DNA of 63,534 nucleotides, filler included, from Reticulomyxa filosa (taxonomy: Eukaryota > Protista > Foraminifera), in NCBI GenBank assembly GCA_000512085.1. It is 21 parts of 21 records of this genome, joined end to end, with 100 filler letters (N's around TTAATTAATTAA, not from the genome) between each part and the next. Parts side by side here need not be neighbours in the genome. Positions count along the whole stretch, not along the records: positions 51,363 to 53,797 come from ASPP01050571.1; positions 53,898 to 55,573 come from ASPP01018299.1; positions 55,674 to 57,088 come from ASPP01029152.1; positions 57,189 to 62,089 come from ASPP01020816.1; positions 62,190 to 63,534 come from ASPP01024465.1; 16 more parts are not named here. One strand, 5' to 3'. The position numbers and the translations under genes were made by a program. Below, in pieces: positions 52,801 to 63,534 of the stretch (position 1 is its first letter; each line of letters starts with the position of its first letter). The notes below the pieces were generated by a model that saw only the letters and a list, made by a program, of their open reading frames with translations, was not told where the DNA came from and made no database searches.

Positions 52801-53959
52801 ATCAACTTCAGACATCATTCAAGAATGGAACAGAAAGTACGTTGACAGGCGCACGAACTTAAGGAAATGGCTATTGCAATTTACGTGAGACATTGCTCTT
52901 TGGCTACATGCTGTGCGGGAATTTTTAAGTGAAATGTGACTGATGTGTAAGAGCAATCAAATTGAGATGTGCTTCCAACTTTAAGTTGTAAAAGAAAAAC
53001 TCTTGTTCGGCTCGACTATGCATCTTCCGAGCTAAGTTAGTTGACTATCGTGTTAAAGTGTTATTAATGAACTTTTCAACAATTTTATTAATTTCTTAAT
53101 TTTTGATATTTTTTCAAATTTTCTACAATTTCAATTTCTCTTCAAATTTTAATTACACCAATCAATAGATAATTCTCTTCAGAAATTGTTGTCAACATTA
53201 GGATCCACCTTGAAATACTATTTAATTTATAACAGAGAAAGAAAATGCTAAGTGTTTCAAGTTTTTTTTCAAAGTATCAATTAAAATAAATTACACAATC
53301 TCATTTTGTAAAAAGTTCGGTAGTATCCACATCAAAAAAAACTATGATGATCAACAAAAAAAAATGTGTACATTCATTCAATCTTTTTTTAATTATCGCT
53401 TTTTTAAGAATTGCTTGCACCAATTTGTTTGAAGTTGCGAGAGCATAGGCGATAGTGCGCCAGTGCATAGCCTCACATGCTTGGCAAAAGGGATGCGCTA
53501 CTCTTGCTCTACGGTTAAAACCATAAATAGCAACTCCATCATTAGATGTATCGATGGATAATGTTCCAAAAATGTGCAATTGGCAATATCAACAACCACA
53601 CTGGAATTTCCAAATAATTTAGTACAATTCTTTGCCTTTTTTCATCGTCAAAGCTCACCGTCAAATAAAATATAAACAAAAGTGATGTTATCTTCTTCTT
53701 CTCATTTGATAATCACAAATCATTGTACCTGTGGACTTTGTTGTTCGGTTTTCTTTTTTTTTGTTTCATTTTGAAATCTGTCCTTTTCTGTATTATTNNN
53801 NNNNNNNNNNNNNNNNNNNNNNNNNNNNNNNNNNNNNNNNNTTAATTAATTAANNNNNNNNNNNNNNNNNNNNNNNNNNNNNNNNNNNNNNNNNNNNAAA
53901 AAAAAAAAAACAATATCCAGTACAATTGTATTTACAAAAAAAAAAAAACAAAAACATAG

Positions 53960-55573
53960 ATTGAAGTGCAAGATTCAAGCGCAAATACCATGAATGAACA
54001 GGCAGAAATCAAAAATGACCAAATTTCTCATGAAGCAGATCAAGCTTATGTATGATTTATTCCTTTTCATTTAGACATATGATTGAGCATTACTCTTCAT
54101 TTTTGCAAAAAAAAAAAAAAAAAAGGTAAAAAGCGGGAAAGAATTGGAAGAAGACAGATCAAAGCACTATAAATTAAAAAAAGAAACTGAAAATGCAGAG
54201 ACCGGATACATAAAACCTGGAATTAATTTGAAAGGCTATTGCACAAATACTGGCTGTTTAGCTTCAAAAGAAAAGTTACTAGTGTGGGTGAATCTTGGAT
54301 TTCGTGATATTTCATTCAACTCAGAAAATAAATCCTATCCTTGTCCAGACTGTGGAAAATCCACTGTTACATCCATTGAAAATACAACGATTTTCAATTC
54401 AGAACACATAATTAGTGCAAGCGATAATACGTCTGAGGAAACTAATCACTACAAATGTTCTTATTTAATTAAGTTAGGATTATCTTATGAAGTGAACGCA
54501 AATGAAATAAGACAACACGCAACGAGTTTGGAAGATTTGATCGCCCGAAGTGAAAAGGCAATGGAAAGTGATGAGATAAAAAAATTGAGTTCTGAATTAC
54601 AGCAATACGGCACAATAGTTGTAAAACCACCTAAAGTAAAAGACAAAGCACGATTATTAGAAAAAATCCAAAATGATTATAATGGGGATTATAAGCAAGT
54701 ATTCGATGTTGGAAGATTTACTATTTTATGTGATAATGCAATCAAATTGCAAACAGCAGTAGTAGTAATGAAGGAAGCAAAAAAATTTAATTTGATTGTA
54801 TCCGAAGATAAAGATTTTTTTGAACAAAAATCGAAGACACATCACAGATTCCACAATATTAAATTGTTTGTTCCAGAGCATGATGTATATGTGGAGATGC
54901 AAGCAACATTAAAAAAGTTTACAACATTGGAAGAATACGCAGTAATTGAAAATCCAAAATTAAGCCATCTGTTTTATGAACGTGTCCGAGCGTGGAAACC
55001 AAATAGTCCAGAAGAGGAAAATTTAAAACAAGCCAGTGACGAAACTTTAACAAAAATTAATGATGTTATTTGTGAATGGATTGATGACAAGGAGATACAA
55101 AAATTAGCAAATCGTTATGAATCACATTTGGGTATTGGAATATTGAAACCACCACAATTGTCGTTGAAAATGGCACAATTTGTATATGAACAATTATGTG
55201 AATTCACTCCAGAGACAATAAAAGGAAAGGCAATTTATGTGATATTATATGAATACTATAAAAGATATATCATTGGAGATAAATATCCAGCAAGTTGTGT
55301 TGATGTTGCGTTACTGCTACAAGAATCAAGAGAACAAGAAATGGAAGAAGACACTGAAATATCACAAGCATTAGAAACTTATATTCCATTGCAAGCAAAT
55401 AAGTATGCACATGTGGACAGTGAAGAGAATAAAGAAAATGACACATTTGATTGTCTCCAACATATCATTGAATTTTTAGAGGAAAAAGAAGAAAAAAAAA
55501 GTGAACAACAGCAAGAACAGCAAAGAAGCGTTATGATAATACAAGGAAAATCAGGATCAGGAAAAAGTGTATT
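53960..55573 (+). CDS. Zinc-ribbon + RelA/SpoT-like nucleotidyltransferase + start of a STAND/NACHT-type P-loop NTPase (NLR-like), partial
   Basis: PGINLKGYCTNTGC...CPDC, PPKVKDKARLLEK, VFDVGRFTILCD, THHRFHN and VEMQ, followed by ALETYIPL and Walker A VMIIQGKSGSGKS (55545-55568). Upstream exon 53960-54049 joins in frame via intron 54050-54125. Confidence 0.8.
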
Positions 55574-57188
55574 NNNNNNNNNNNNNNNNNNNNNNNNNNN
55601 NNNNNNNNNNNNNNNNNTTAATTAATTAANNNNNNNNNNNNNNNNNNNNNNNNNNNNNNNNNNNNNNNNNNNNTACAGTTTTTCTTTGATTTTAAAATGC
55701 AGTCTTAATGTTTGCAAATGTTATCGTTATTATATATACTTTAGAATGGTGAGCACAAATACATTTATAGCTGGTTCTAATGTCATTGTAAGTTTTTTTA
55801 AATTCAAAATGTGAAAAAATATGTTTCAAATAAAAACATTTTGGTATTTTAAAAATCTTACTAATTTGCCTTGAAATAACACCAAAAAGTGTGCATTTAA
55901 TATTTTTAAACAAAACATAGCCAATCACTTTAAACCTAATAAACATTTTCAAAAATCATTTAAAAAATTATAAGTAATTTTGTTGATCAAACTTTTTTTT
56001 CAAGGAAAACTTGTTCAACTTTTTTTATATCTATCATAAAATGTGTGCTGAACTCAGCGGTTTCTCAATGCAGATCTTCTTCTATTCACAGTGCATGCAA
56101 TCCGTTATCATGCTGTCCTCCATCGCGACTTGCATTCAAAACCATCAGACCAACTAGCAAAGAGTTGTCGGATGGAATCACCGCGGTGAATTGCAAGAAA
56201 TGCAGGAAATTGGACTTGTGTTGCAATTGTATCAACGAACAACAACAACACAAATGCTATCAACTAAAAATGACGCATATAGGGGATTGAGACTCTAGTC
56301 ATCATTGTTTTGTTTCACTAGGTCTAATGAAATTGAGTTTTTTTTTAGAGACGGGCGTGTAAAATTAAAAAAAGATTGTAGTGATGAAGTTTTAAAAAAC
56401 ATTTTTTTTTATTGCTTACAAAATGTCAGATGACAATGTTTTTATCTAGTTGTGGACAAGTTACACTATTCCATGTCCGAATTAGAACTTGTCACATTTT
56501 TCTGATGATAAAAAAAATTTTTTTTTAGAGGGGACATCGAACATTTTTCAGTTACAGAGCGGAATGGATCAAATGAGTCTTTTTATTTTGGAACACCAAA
56601 ACATGATATCTATATTGTGATGTTATTTCGCTTTATTTTATGATTATTTGAAGTATAGTATTGACCATAATATTATTTTTTAATTCATTAATTTTGACTT
56701 TTTGTTATTATTATTATTTTTTGCATTTGTTAAAAAACACTTTCTTTTCTTACTCCGGTTTCACAAAATCTTTAATTACTTATTCAATATTTCCATTATG
56801 AAGTTCCATTTTTTGTCACAAATACTCTTTGTTAATGGTACTGCCAAACAATCAAAGTAATGTGCAAGCGTGACACACTATTCGACTTTGACTGCATTAT
56901 CAATTTCAAGACATTCAAAAACAACATTTTTTTTTAAAATTCGTGCATAATCCGAGTGCGCGATGCCGTGCTACTCCACACGCTTTTTTTTGCAATAAAT
57001 AAACAAGTACAAAACACACTCTGCTAACACTTTGTTGTGCAAACGAAAAGGTAAAGCTCTAATGAATTCATAAGCCGAAGCTCGGTTGNNNNNNNNNNNN
57101 NNNNNNNNNNNNNNNNNNNNNNNNNNNNNNNNTTAATTAATTAANNNNNNNNNNNNNNNNNNNNNNNNNNNNNNNNNNNNNNNNNNNN

Positions 57189-58125
57189 AACAACAACAAC
57201 AACAACGGTCACACCATCATCATCATCATCATCATCTTCTTGTATAGAACAAAAAAAAGAAGAAGACACAGATCGTAGGATTCAAATATGCGGGGTCATT
57301 GTCGAAAACACATTTACATCGATAGTGGATATGCTGTTCTGCATCATGGATGAAAATTTTGGATTGTTCAGGTCTCGTTCATCAGACAAGACCGTCGAAT
57401 CCGACACCAAAACCCAAGGGGCCGAAATACAGCACACTAACAACATTACAACTCAGGTCGTTGATAATGATAGAAATGAGGATGATGAAGAAGTGGATGT
57501 GGAGGAACGAGTAAATTGGCATGTCATTCGTGAGCCTCCCAACCTACACCATCCAAGTGGACACTTGGACCCACCCAATCGCACCGACAATGCCGGCTAT
57601 CAATCTCGACTTCACACACGCTCCACTTCCTCGCTCTCCTTCTTTCATAACCAACGCCAACTCTTCACCTTTCGAAATGCCGTTCGCTTATTCTTTCACT
57701 TCTTCATCTCCAATCGCTGGCTGTCCATCTACAAAATACATCAAGTCACATGTCCCATCTTGTTTTTGTCCGGGCTTAAGGATGAATTGATCCCTCCTAA
57801 ACAAATGAGAGTTTTGTTGTATGTTGTCTGTTGTCTGTTTTTTTGTCAAATACATTTTTAAACATAAATAAATATATATGTATATACATATACATATATA
57901 TATATATAATGTACATTTATTTATTTGTTTGTGTATATGTGTGTGTCAAAAAAGAAATTGTATCATCGGTGCAAAAAATCTGGAAACAGTCCGCTTTGTG
58001 TAATGCAAACTTATGTCAATGGAGATCACAACTCCACTTGGCAAAGGGGTGGAAATAAATATTATGAGGATATCTTTACTTTCATGCATGCTGCTATCAA
58101 TGCTAGCTCAGTCTCACCTTCCTGA
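57189..58125 (+). CDS. Alpha/beta hydrolase, ABHD13/Bem46-like, C-terminal part
   Basis: GVIVENTFTSIVDM, NRWLS..KI, PILFLSGLKDELIPPKQM (catalytic Asp) and NGDHNSTW (catalytic His). Confidence 0.82.
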
Positions 58126-58597
58126 CCCTTTTTGCATTATCATCATTTTTTAATCATATAATTACCTCTTTATATAAATTACTTATCCAACACCTTTCAA
58201 ATGCTCGTTCCACATTGCTCGTGCCAATTTGTTTTTTTTTTTGAAAAAAAGACAAGTGTTTGCATTTTTTTTTATGACTTTTTTTCTTTCGCAAAAATTC
58301 AAACATTTTTTTTATTTGTTGAACATATCTAGCTAAACGTACCAACTGAACACAGTGCCATTTTGGCGCTATTGTATACTCTCACCTTCATTTGACCAGC
58401 GAGATCATATATGCAGTAAACATAGACCCAACGCTTCGACACACAACAACAAAGTTTTCTGGACTTTTTTTTAAGTAAGATGAAAATTTCTTTCATGCAA
58501 CAATAAAAAAATAAATTATTTAATCACTTGAATTGAGCAAACTTTTCCAAGTCAGGCAGTTTTAACACCTTTGTTAAAAAAAAACTTTCCAAAAAAA

Positions 58598-59733
58598 ATG
58601 TTAACACCAAGTAACGCTTCAACAGTGGGGATATATTTACTGTGGGTTGTGGCCAGTTGTGTCCTCTCGACATGGAGCAACACTGAGTTTTTATTAGTGT
58701 TTGTAGGAGCGGCAACCTCGCTGACGTTGATACGGTTTGTTGGAAGTTCGATGATTGGGTTTATAAGTTATATAGTGTTGACAAGGTCTATAAAAGTTCA
58801 AGCTATCCCTCAGCACATGTACAAGTTATTTATCCCATCAGTTATGTTGTTACTGGCAAACACGTTTAACAGGTTTGCGTTTTAATTTTATTTTATTTTT
58901 GAATCAAAGCAAAACAAAACAAAACAAAAAAAAATAAAATAGTGTTGCACTTTCATTAACTGGCATAACAATAACGTACATATTCAAAGCAGGGATTCCA
59001 ATTTTTACAGTATTGATAACCCGTATATTTTATGACAAGCAATATCATTTTTGGGTGTACATATCACTAATTCCGACAGTGATTGGTGTAGTATTAACAT
59101 GTTGGGGCGACATTGAGTTTCATTGGCTGGGCTTGCTCTCTGCTATTGCGAGTACTTTAGCCCAAGCGTACATGAACATTTCCTCTGGCATTGTCATCAG
59201 AGAATATCAATCTGTTCTGACCAATGCTCAATGCCAATTTATTATGGCCACTTTGTGTTCTTTGCTTTCATGTTAATATTAACAAACTACTTTTGAACAT
59301 GCATACGTCCAGTTTTTTTTTTTTTTTTAACATACAAACAAACAAAAAAAAAATGGATGATATTGATAATAATAAAATAGCACCAATTTTCATTTGGAGC
59401 AATGAAGCTAACGTAATACACAATGCATTATTTAAAAACCTCACTGAAGAAAATGCAGTGCAAATTTATCCTCTGGTCTTGATGGTAATCACGGCTATTG
59501 GATATCATATCGATTATACCTTAACTTGCATACTTGTCGCCAGAGTGACTCCAGTCACCTTTAGCATGTGTGACACATTGAGGCGACTGGGAATCATCAT
59601 TGCTGGCGCTTACATGTTTCACAAACAACTGTCTCCTCTCAATGTTTTTGGCATTTTTCTAGCTTTATCTGGAGTTTCTTTTTACACTTTTGTCATTCAC
59701 TCCATCCCTCTTGTTTCCTCTAAATCCGATTGA
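58598..59733 (+). CDS. Triose-phosphate translocator / SLC35E-family transporter
   Basis: Hydrophobic protein with TYIFKAGIPIFTV, YISLIPTVIGVVL..GDIEFHWLG, VTPVTFSMCDTLRR and NVFGIFLALSGV. Introns 58873-58942 and 59272-59380 keep the frame. Confidence 0.82.
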
Positions 59734-59962
59734 CAAACTCTAACTTCTTCTTTGCATAAACATAACATCAAAAAAGTGTTTTTGTTAATATTTGCTTTTA
59801 TTTTAATTTTTGTCTGTTTCCATGTCAATCTTTTCTGTTGGATTATTTTTTTTGTGGACAATTATTTTCATCTGGCGTATCCCAGACTGCAAATGGACAA
59901 CTAACTCAATGATTGCATCATTTTTAGTGACGTTCAAAAATATAAGTTGAGCTATCGGATCA

Positions 59963-60909
59963 ATGAACAGAATTTTTTCTAAAAAGTGCAGGTTCCGAAG
60001 CTTGTTTATGAATACACTCTACTTTAATTACGAGCCTTTAATTACGAGCAAACACGAAAAAAGGAATAGAATAGTTCAATACATAATATATATATATAGC
60101 AAGCATCGCGAGCGATTACAAACAATTGATATGACACAAAATGAAATAGCAGCTTCGATTGTTCCTCCACAAGCGATAAATATTGTGGGTATGATGTATC
60201 GTGTGAAGAATTATTTTCAAAAAAAACAGCGTTGTGTTGCTTTTTTTTTGAGGTGAAAAATATCAAACGAAAGACTTGAGTTAAATGTAATGGTGAGATG
60301 GATAATGTAAAACAAATATTGATGACCAGTTTATAGACTCACTCCAATCGCACACGAGAATGTTTACTTTTGCATGAGTCATGGTCCACAAATACTATTT
60401 ACAGCTCCTGTAACGACTCTTGTGTTACCTTTGCATGTCACTTGGTACCACGTGTTATATACACATATGCATATATGTATATATACATATATGCACATAT
60501 GTATATTATGTATATGTCAATGTCTAATAAAAAAACGGATTCAAAGACTCAAACAAGGCAAAAGCTAATTTTTTTAATTTTTTTTTTTTTTTAAAAAACC
60601 AAGTCTGATAGACGATGAGACCGAAAGAACGGCATTGACAATTGAGTTGGAGCGCGAAGAAAAGGAAGAAGCAAAAAGAACGAAGCTATATACAATAAAA
60701 CTAAATGATATGTATAGTAGCAAGAACAATGCATTTGAGTCATCGTGGATAGAGACAAGAGTGTTGAAAGCAGCGAGTAAAGAAACACGTAATGAAATTC
60801 CACCGACAGTGACAGTGAGTATGAGTAACAGTATACCTTTTCCACATATCTCACTTTCGCCAATGCGCAATAAGAATGATAAGGACAAAAGCTCATCCTC
60901 ACCATTTCC

Positions 60910-60945
<36 letters not shown>

Positions 60946-61900
60946 TTCTTCTTCTTCTTCTTCCCCTTTTTCTGTAGATCATGCACAATGGAATAATAAT
61001 CCAACAAAAAATTTTTTTTTTGGCTCATATTTCGGTCCGCATTTGAAATTAGATCTTTCGCTTGAAAAGCATAATCAAATATACTCATTGACGAAGCAAT
61101 TGTTGTTGCAACGCAATCCAAGTCAGAGAGAGAAAATACTCGAAGAAAAGGAACCACCACCACAATCACAGTCACAATCGCAATTGCAGTTGACATTGGT
61201 CACTCATCCGTGGATTCGTCAATGGCTGCAAGACACAAAAACAAGGGAAATCTTGCTGCTATCCATTTTCCATTGTCTTTTGCGAATTCGGCGTGACCAA
61301 CCCGGTCATCCCCATTTAATTCATCGCTTCGTCTTGCACGACAATACCTTTCATTCGTTGCTTCAATTTCTGCAATTGGCCTTATCTTATGGTGTTTTTT
61401 TTTTTTTTTTTTTGGAAAAAAAAGGAGCATTTGTTTACAATCAATTTTTCACATTTTTTTTTTTTTTAAAAAAAAGATAAGAAACAGCTTGAAACACATA
61501 AAATGGACAACAAAGTCGGAGATAAAGCTAAAGCACCATTTGATGTAATGACTCCTTATTTGATTTCATGCATCGCGATGATTTGTTTTCATCAACGAGC
61601 CAATTCAAAGTTGTATGCACTTGTCAATATCTATGTCAGTTACATGTTTTTTTTTCTTTTCATTGCCATTTCTATTTTATACATATCTATGTATATGTAC
61701 ATATATATATATATATATTATATGTTGAATATAGAATGAGTTGAAAATCAACGAAAATGCAATATGGACATCTCCAATGGTGATGCGACGGTTACTGGTG
61801 GAGTTGTTACGTAGCTTTCATCGCCACCATTTGGCATCGCCTGTTGCATCCATTGCATTGTCACGCAATCTTTGCAATCTTTCGCTGTTCGTCCCTTTCT
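59963..61900 (+). CDS. Hypothetical multi-exon protein with a poly-Ser tract
   Basis: Long ORF 60635-61480 plus flanking coding-like exons. The gene model is uncertain. Confidence 0.45.
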
Positions 61901-62189
61901 TTCGCACTTTTTGTTGAGTCATTCATGTAATTTTTTTTACGCGTGCATCTTTTTTTTTTTTGAGTTGGACCCTTTTCATTGCGCTGGTTCACACACACTC
62001 TATTTTCGTATAATGCAAAGCAGATTGTCGAAATACAATGTTGTTTGCAATTGTATTGTATGTTGTGAAATGGAAATGGGGGGGGGGGGNNNNNNNNNNN
62101 NNNNNNNNNNNNNNNNNNNNNNNNNNNNNNNNNTTAATTAATTAANNNNNNNNNNNNNNNNNNNNNNNNNNNNNNNNNNNNNNNNNNNN

Positions 62190-62283
62190 AGCTTTGAAAT
62201 ATTTTGAAGAAGCATATAAAATTTACAGTAAGGTATTGGGAGAGTCACACGCAAAAACAAAGGCCAGGGAGATGGGAGGATGA
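62190..62283 (+). CDS. C-terminal TPR repeat fragment
   Basis: ALKYFEEAYKIYSKVLGESHAKT resembles a kinesin-light-chain-type TPR. Confidence 0.5.
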
Positions 62284-62429
62284 TTTAAAATTTAATAAAA
62301 TAAATGAACTATGTTTATGTTGATTTTTCTTAAAGTAAGATTATTTGCATCATTTTGTGTAGTCCCTTACTTAAAAAAATGAATTAATAATCACTCAAAG
62401 TTTTACTTTTTCTTTTGAGTTTAATATCT

Positions 62430-62542
62430 CTTCATCATCCAAATTGCCTTTTAAAAAAAATAACAAATGAAAATTAAAAATGGCGATTATAATTTCAACT
62501 TGTGTTATGGCTCACAAAGGCAAAACTCGTACTTGGGGATAA
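62430..62542 (+). pseudogene. 3' remnant of the WD40 family seen at 25420-25887
   Basis: ttgtgttatggctcacaaaggcaaaactcgtacttggggataa resembles 25842-25887. Confidence 0.4.
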
Positions 62543-63534
62543 GCTATATTTTCCGACAATATGTAATTAAAAGGATACGGTCTTCAAAAAAATAAAAACA
62601 GAACTTTACATTATCTATCAATAGAGTTTTGACAGGAAAAAATTTGAGAAAACCTGTTCGACACAAAAATAAATGAAGTGGAATTAAATTCCATATATTT
62701 TTTAAAAATGAATTTGAAAAAAAAAGCACCATATTGCACTTATGCAACCAAATAAATTCTACGTCTCATAACTGTATTGACAAATTAAAAATTTTTTGCT
62801 TTTTTTCAAAAACTAGCAAAAAAATAGATTTACTTGTAAAAATACACTTTGATGTGAGCAACAATAAATTAATATCACCAATAAATAAAATGAAAAAAAA
62901 ATTAATTTACAAAACAATAAACAATATAATTCACATGCAAATAATAATTGCAAAACAACTTATAACAGTCGAAATAACAGCAACAATAACTAAACAATAA
63001 TTGGAGGTACTTAAAATTATTTTTTTTAAAAAAGAAAGCCAGTGTCGAGCATCTGTTGCAATCATGAATGTTGTAAAAATTTGGAAAAGTGGTTGTTGCA
63101 TCAATGTAAATGTAAATAATACTTAAAAATGAATATATGTCCCCATAAATGAGTTATTATTTTTTTATTTTGTAAAAAAAAGTTAATAAATGAAACTTTG
63201 AATAGATTCAAAGAAAATACACAAAATGAAAGCAATGAAGGAAAAATGAATAAATTGCGTGATTATTGATTGAAAAAAAAAAAATAAAATAACAGACAGA
63301 ATATGTGATAATGGACAAAATTAAAAAAATTGACAATGTCAAAAAACAATTCAAATAAAAGAAAATAAAATAATTTTCTTAATAAGGAAAATTGAATAAT
63401 AATCCATCAAATAAATAAAACTGAATATAAAGTTGAACAACATAAAAAAAAAAAAATTTGCGTGTGTCAATGAAATGTCAAATAAAAAAGCCTTCCAACA
63501 AAAGCAAATAAAGTGCATCAAAACAAATTTTAAA

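Noticed and set aside
53960-55573. Bacterial contaminant origin of the RelA/SpoT-like genes
   Set aside because: This gene and the 35010-37766 gene have frame-preserving spliceosomal introns of the host type.
1-63534. rRNA, tRNA, transposase or reverse transcriptase genes
   Set aside because: I found no recognisable conserved motifs by eye; a covariance-model scan was not possible.

Overview
This window is not one contiguous locus. It is about 21 short, AT-rich eukaryotic contigs joined by an artificial 100-nt spacer (N44-TTAATTAATTAA-N44), so neighbourhood across spacers is meaningless. The genes contain introns and use the standard code. An EF-like (EFL) GTPase, microsatellite-rich introns and many decayed WD40, Kelch, TPR and Gly-rich family copies suggest a rhizarian, probably a Reticulomyxa-type foraminiferan (inference). 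Ordinary genes include a C2H2 zinc-finger protein, RasGAP, a Furry/Tao3-like scaffold, a 2OG-Fe(II) oxygenase, a USP deubiquitinase, EFL, a BPNT/IMPase-family phosphatase, an EF-hand protein, an OFA-type MFS transporter, an ABHD13-like hydrolase and a TPT-family transporter. The most notable signal is three genes on separate contigs carrying a RelA/SpoT-like nucleotidyltransferase domain. One is a zinc-ribbon + RelA/SpoT-like module followed by the start of a STAND/NACHT-type P-loop NTPase (53960-55573). One has the same 382-aa module as a near-identical in-frame tandem repeat (26213-27774). One is a WD40 protein with a more divergent C-terminal RelA/SpoT-like domain (35010-37766). Together they suggest a protist NLR-like sensor system with a nucleotide-synthesising effector. 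Also notable are an FN3-FABP fusion, introns with a T-rich 5' half and A-rich 3' half and no polypyrimidine tract, and a few structured non-coding islands. Many single-base frameshifts sit in homopolymers and are probably sequencing errors. All family calls come from reading motifs by eye; no database search was run.
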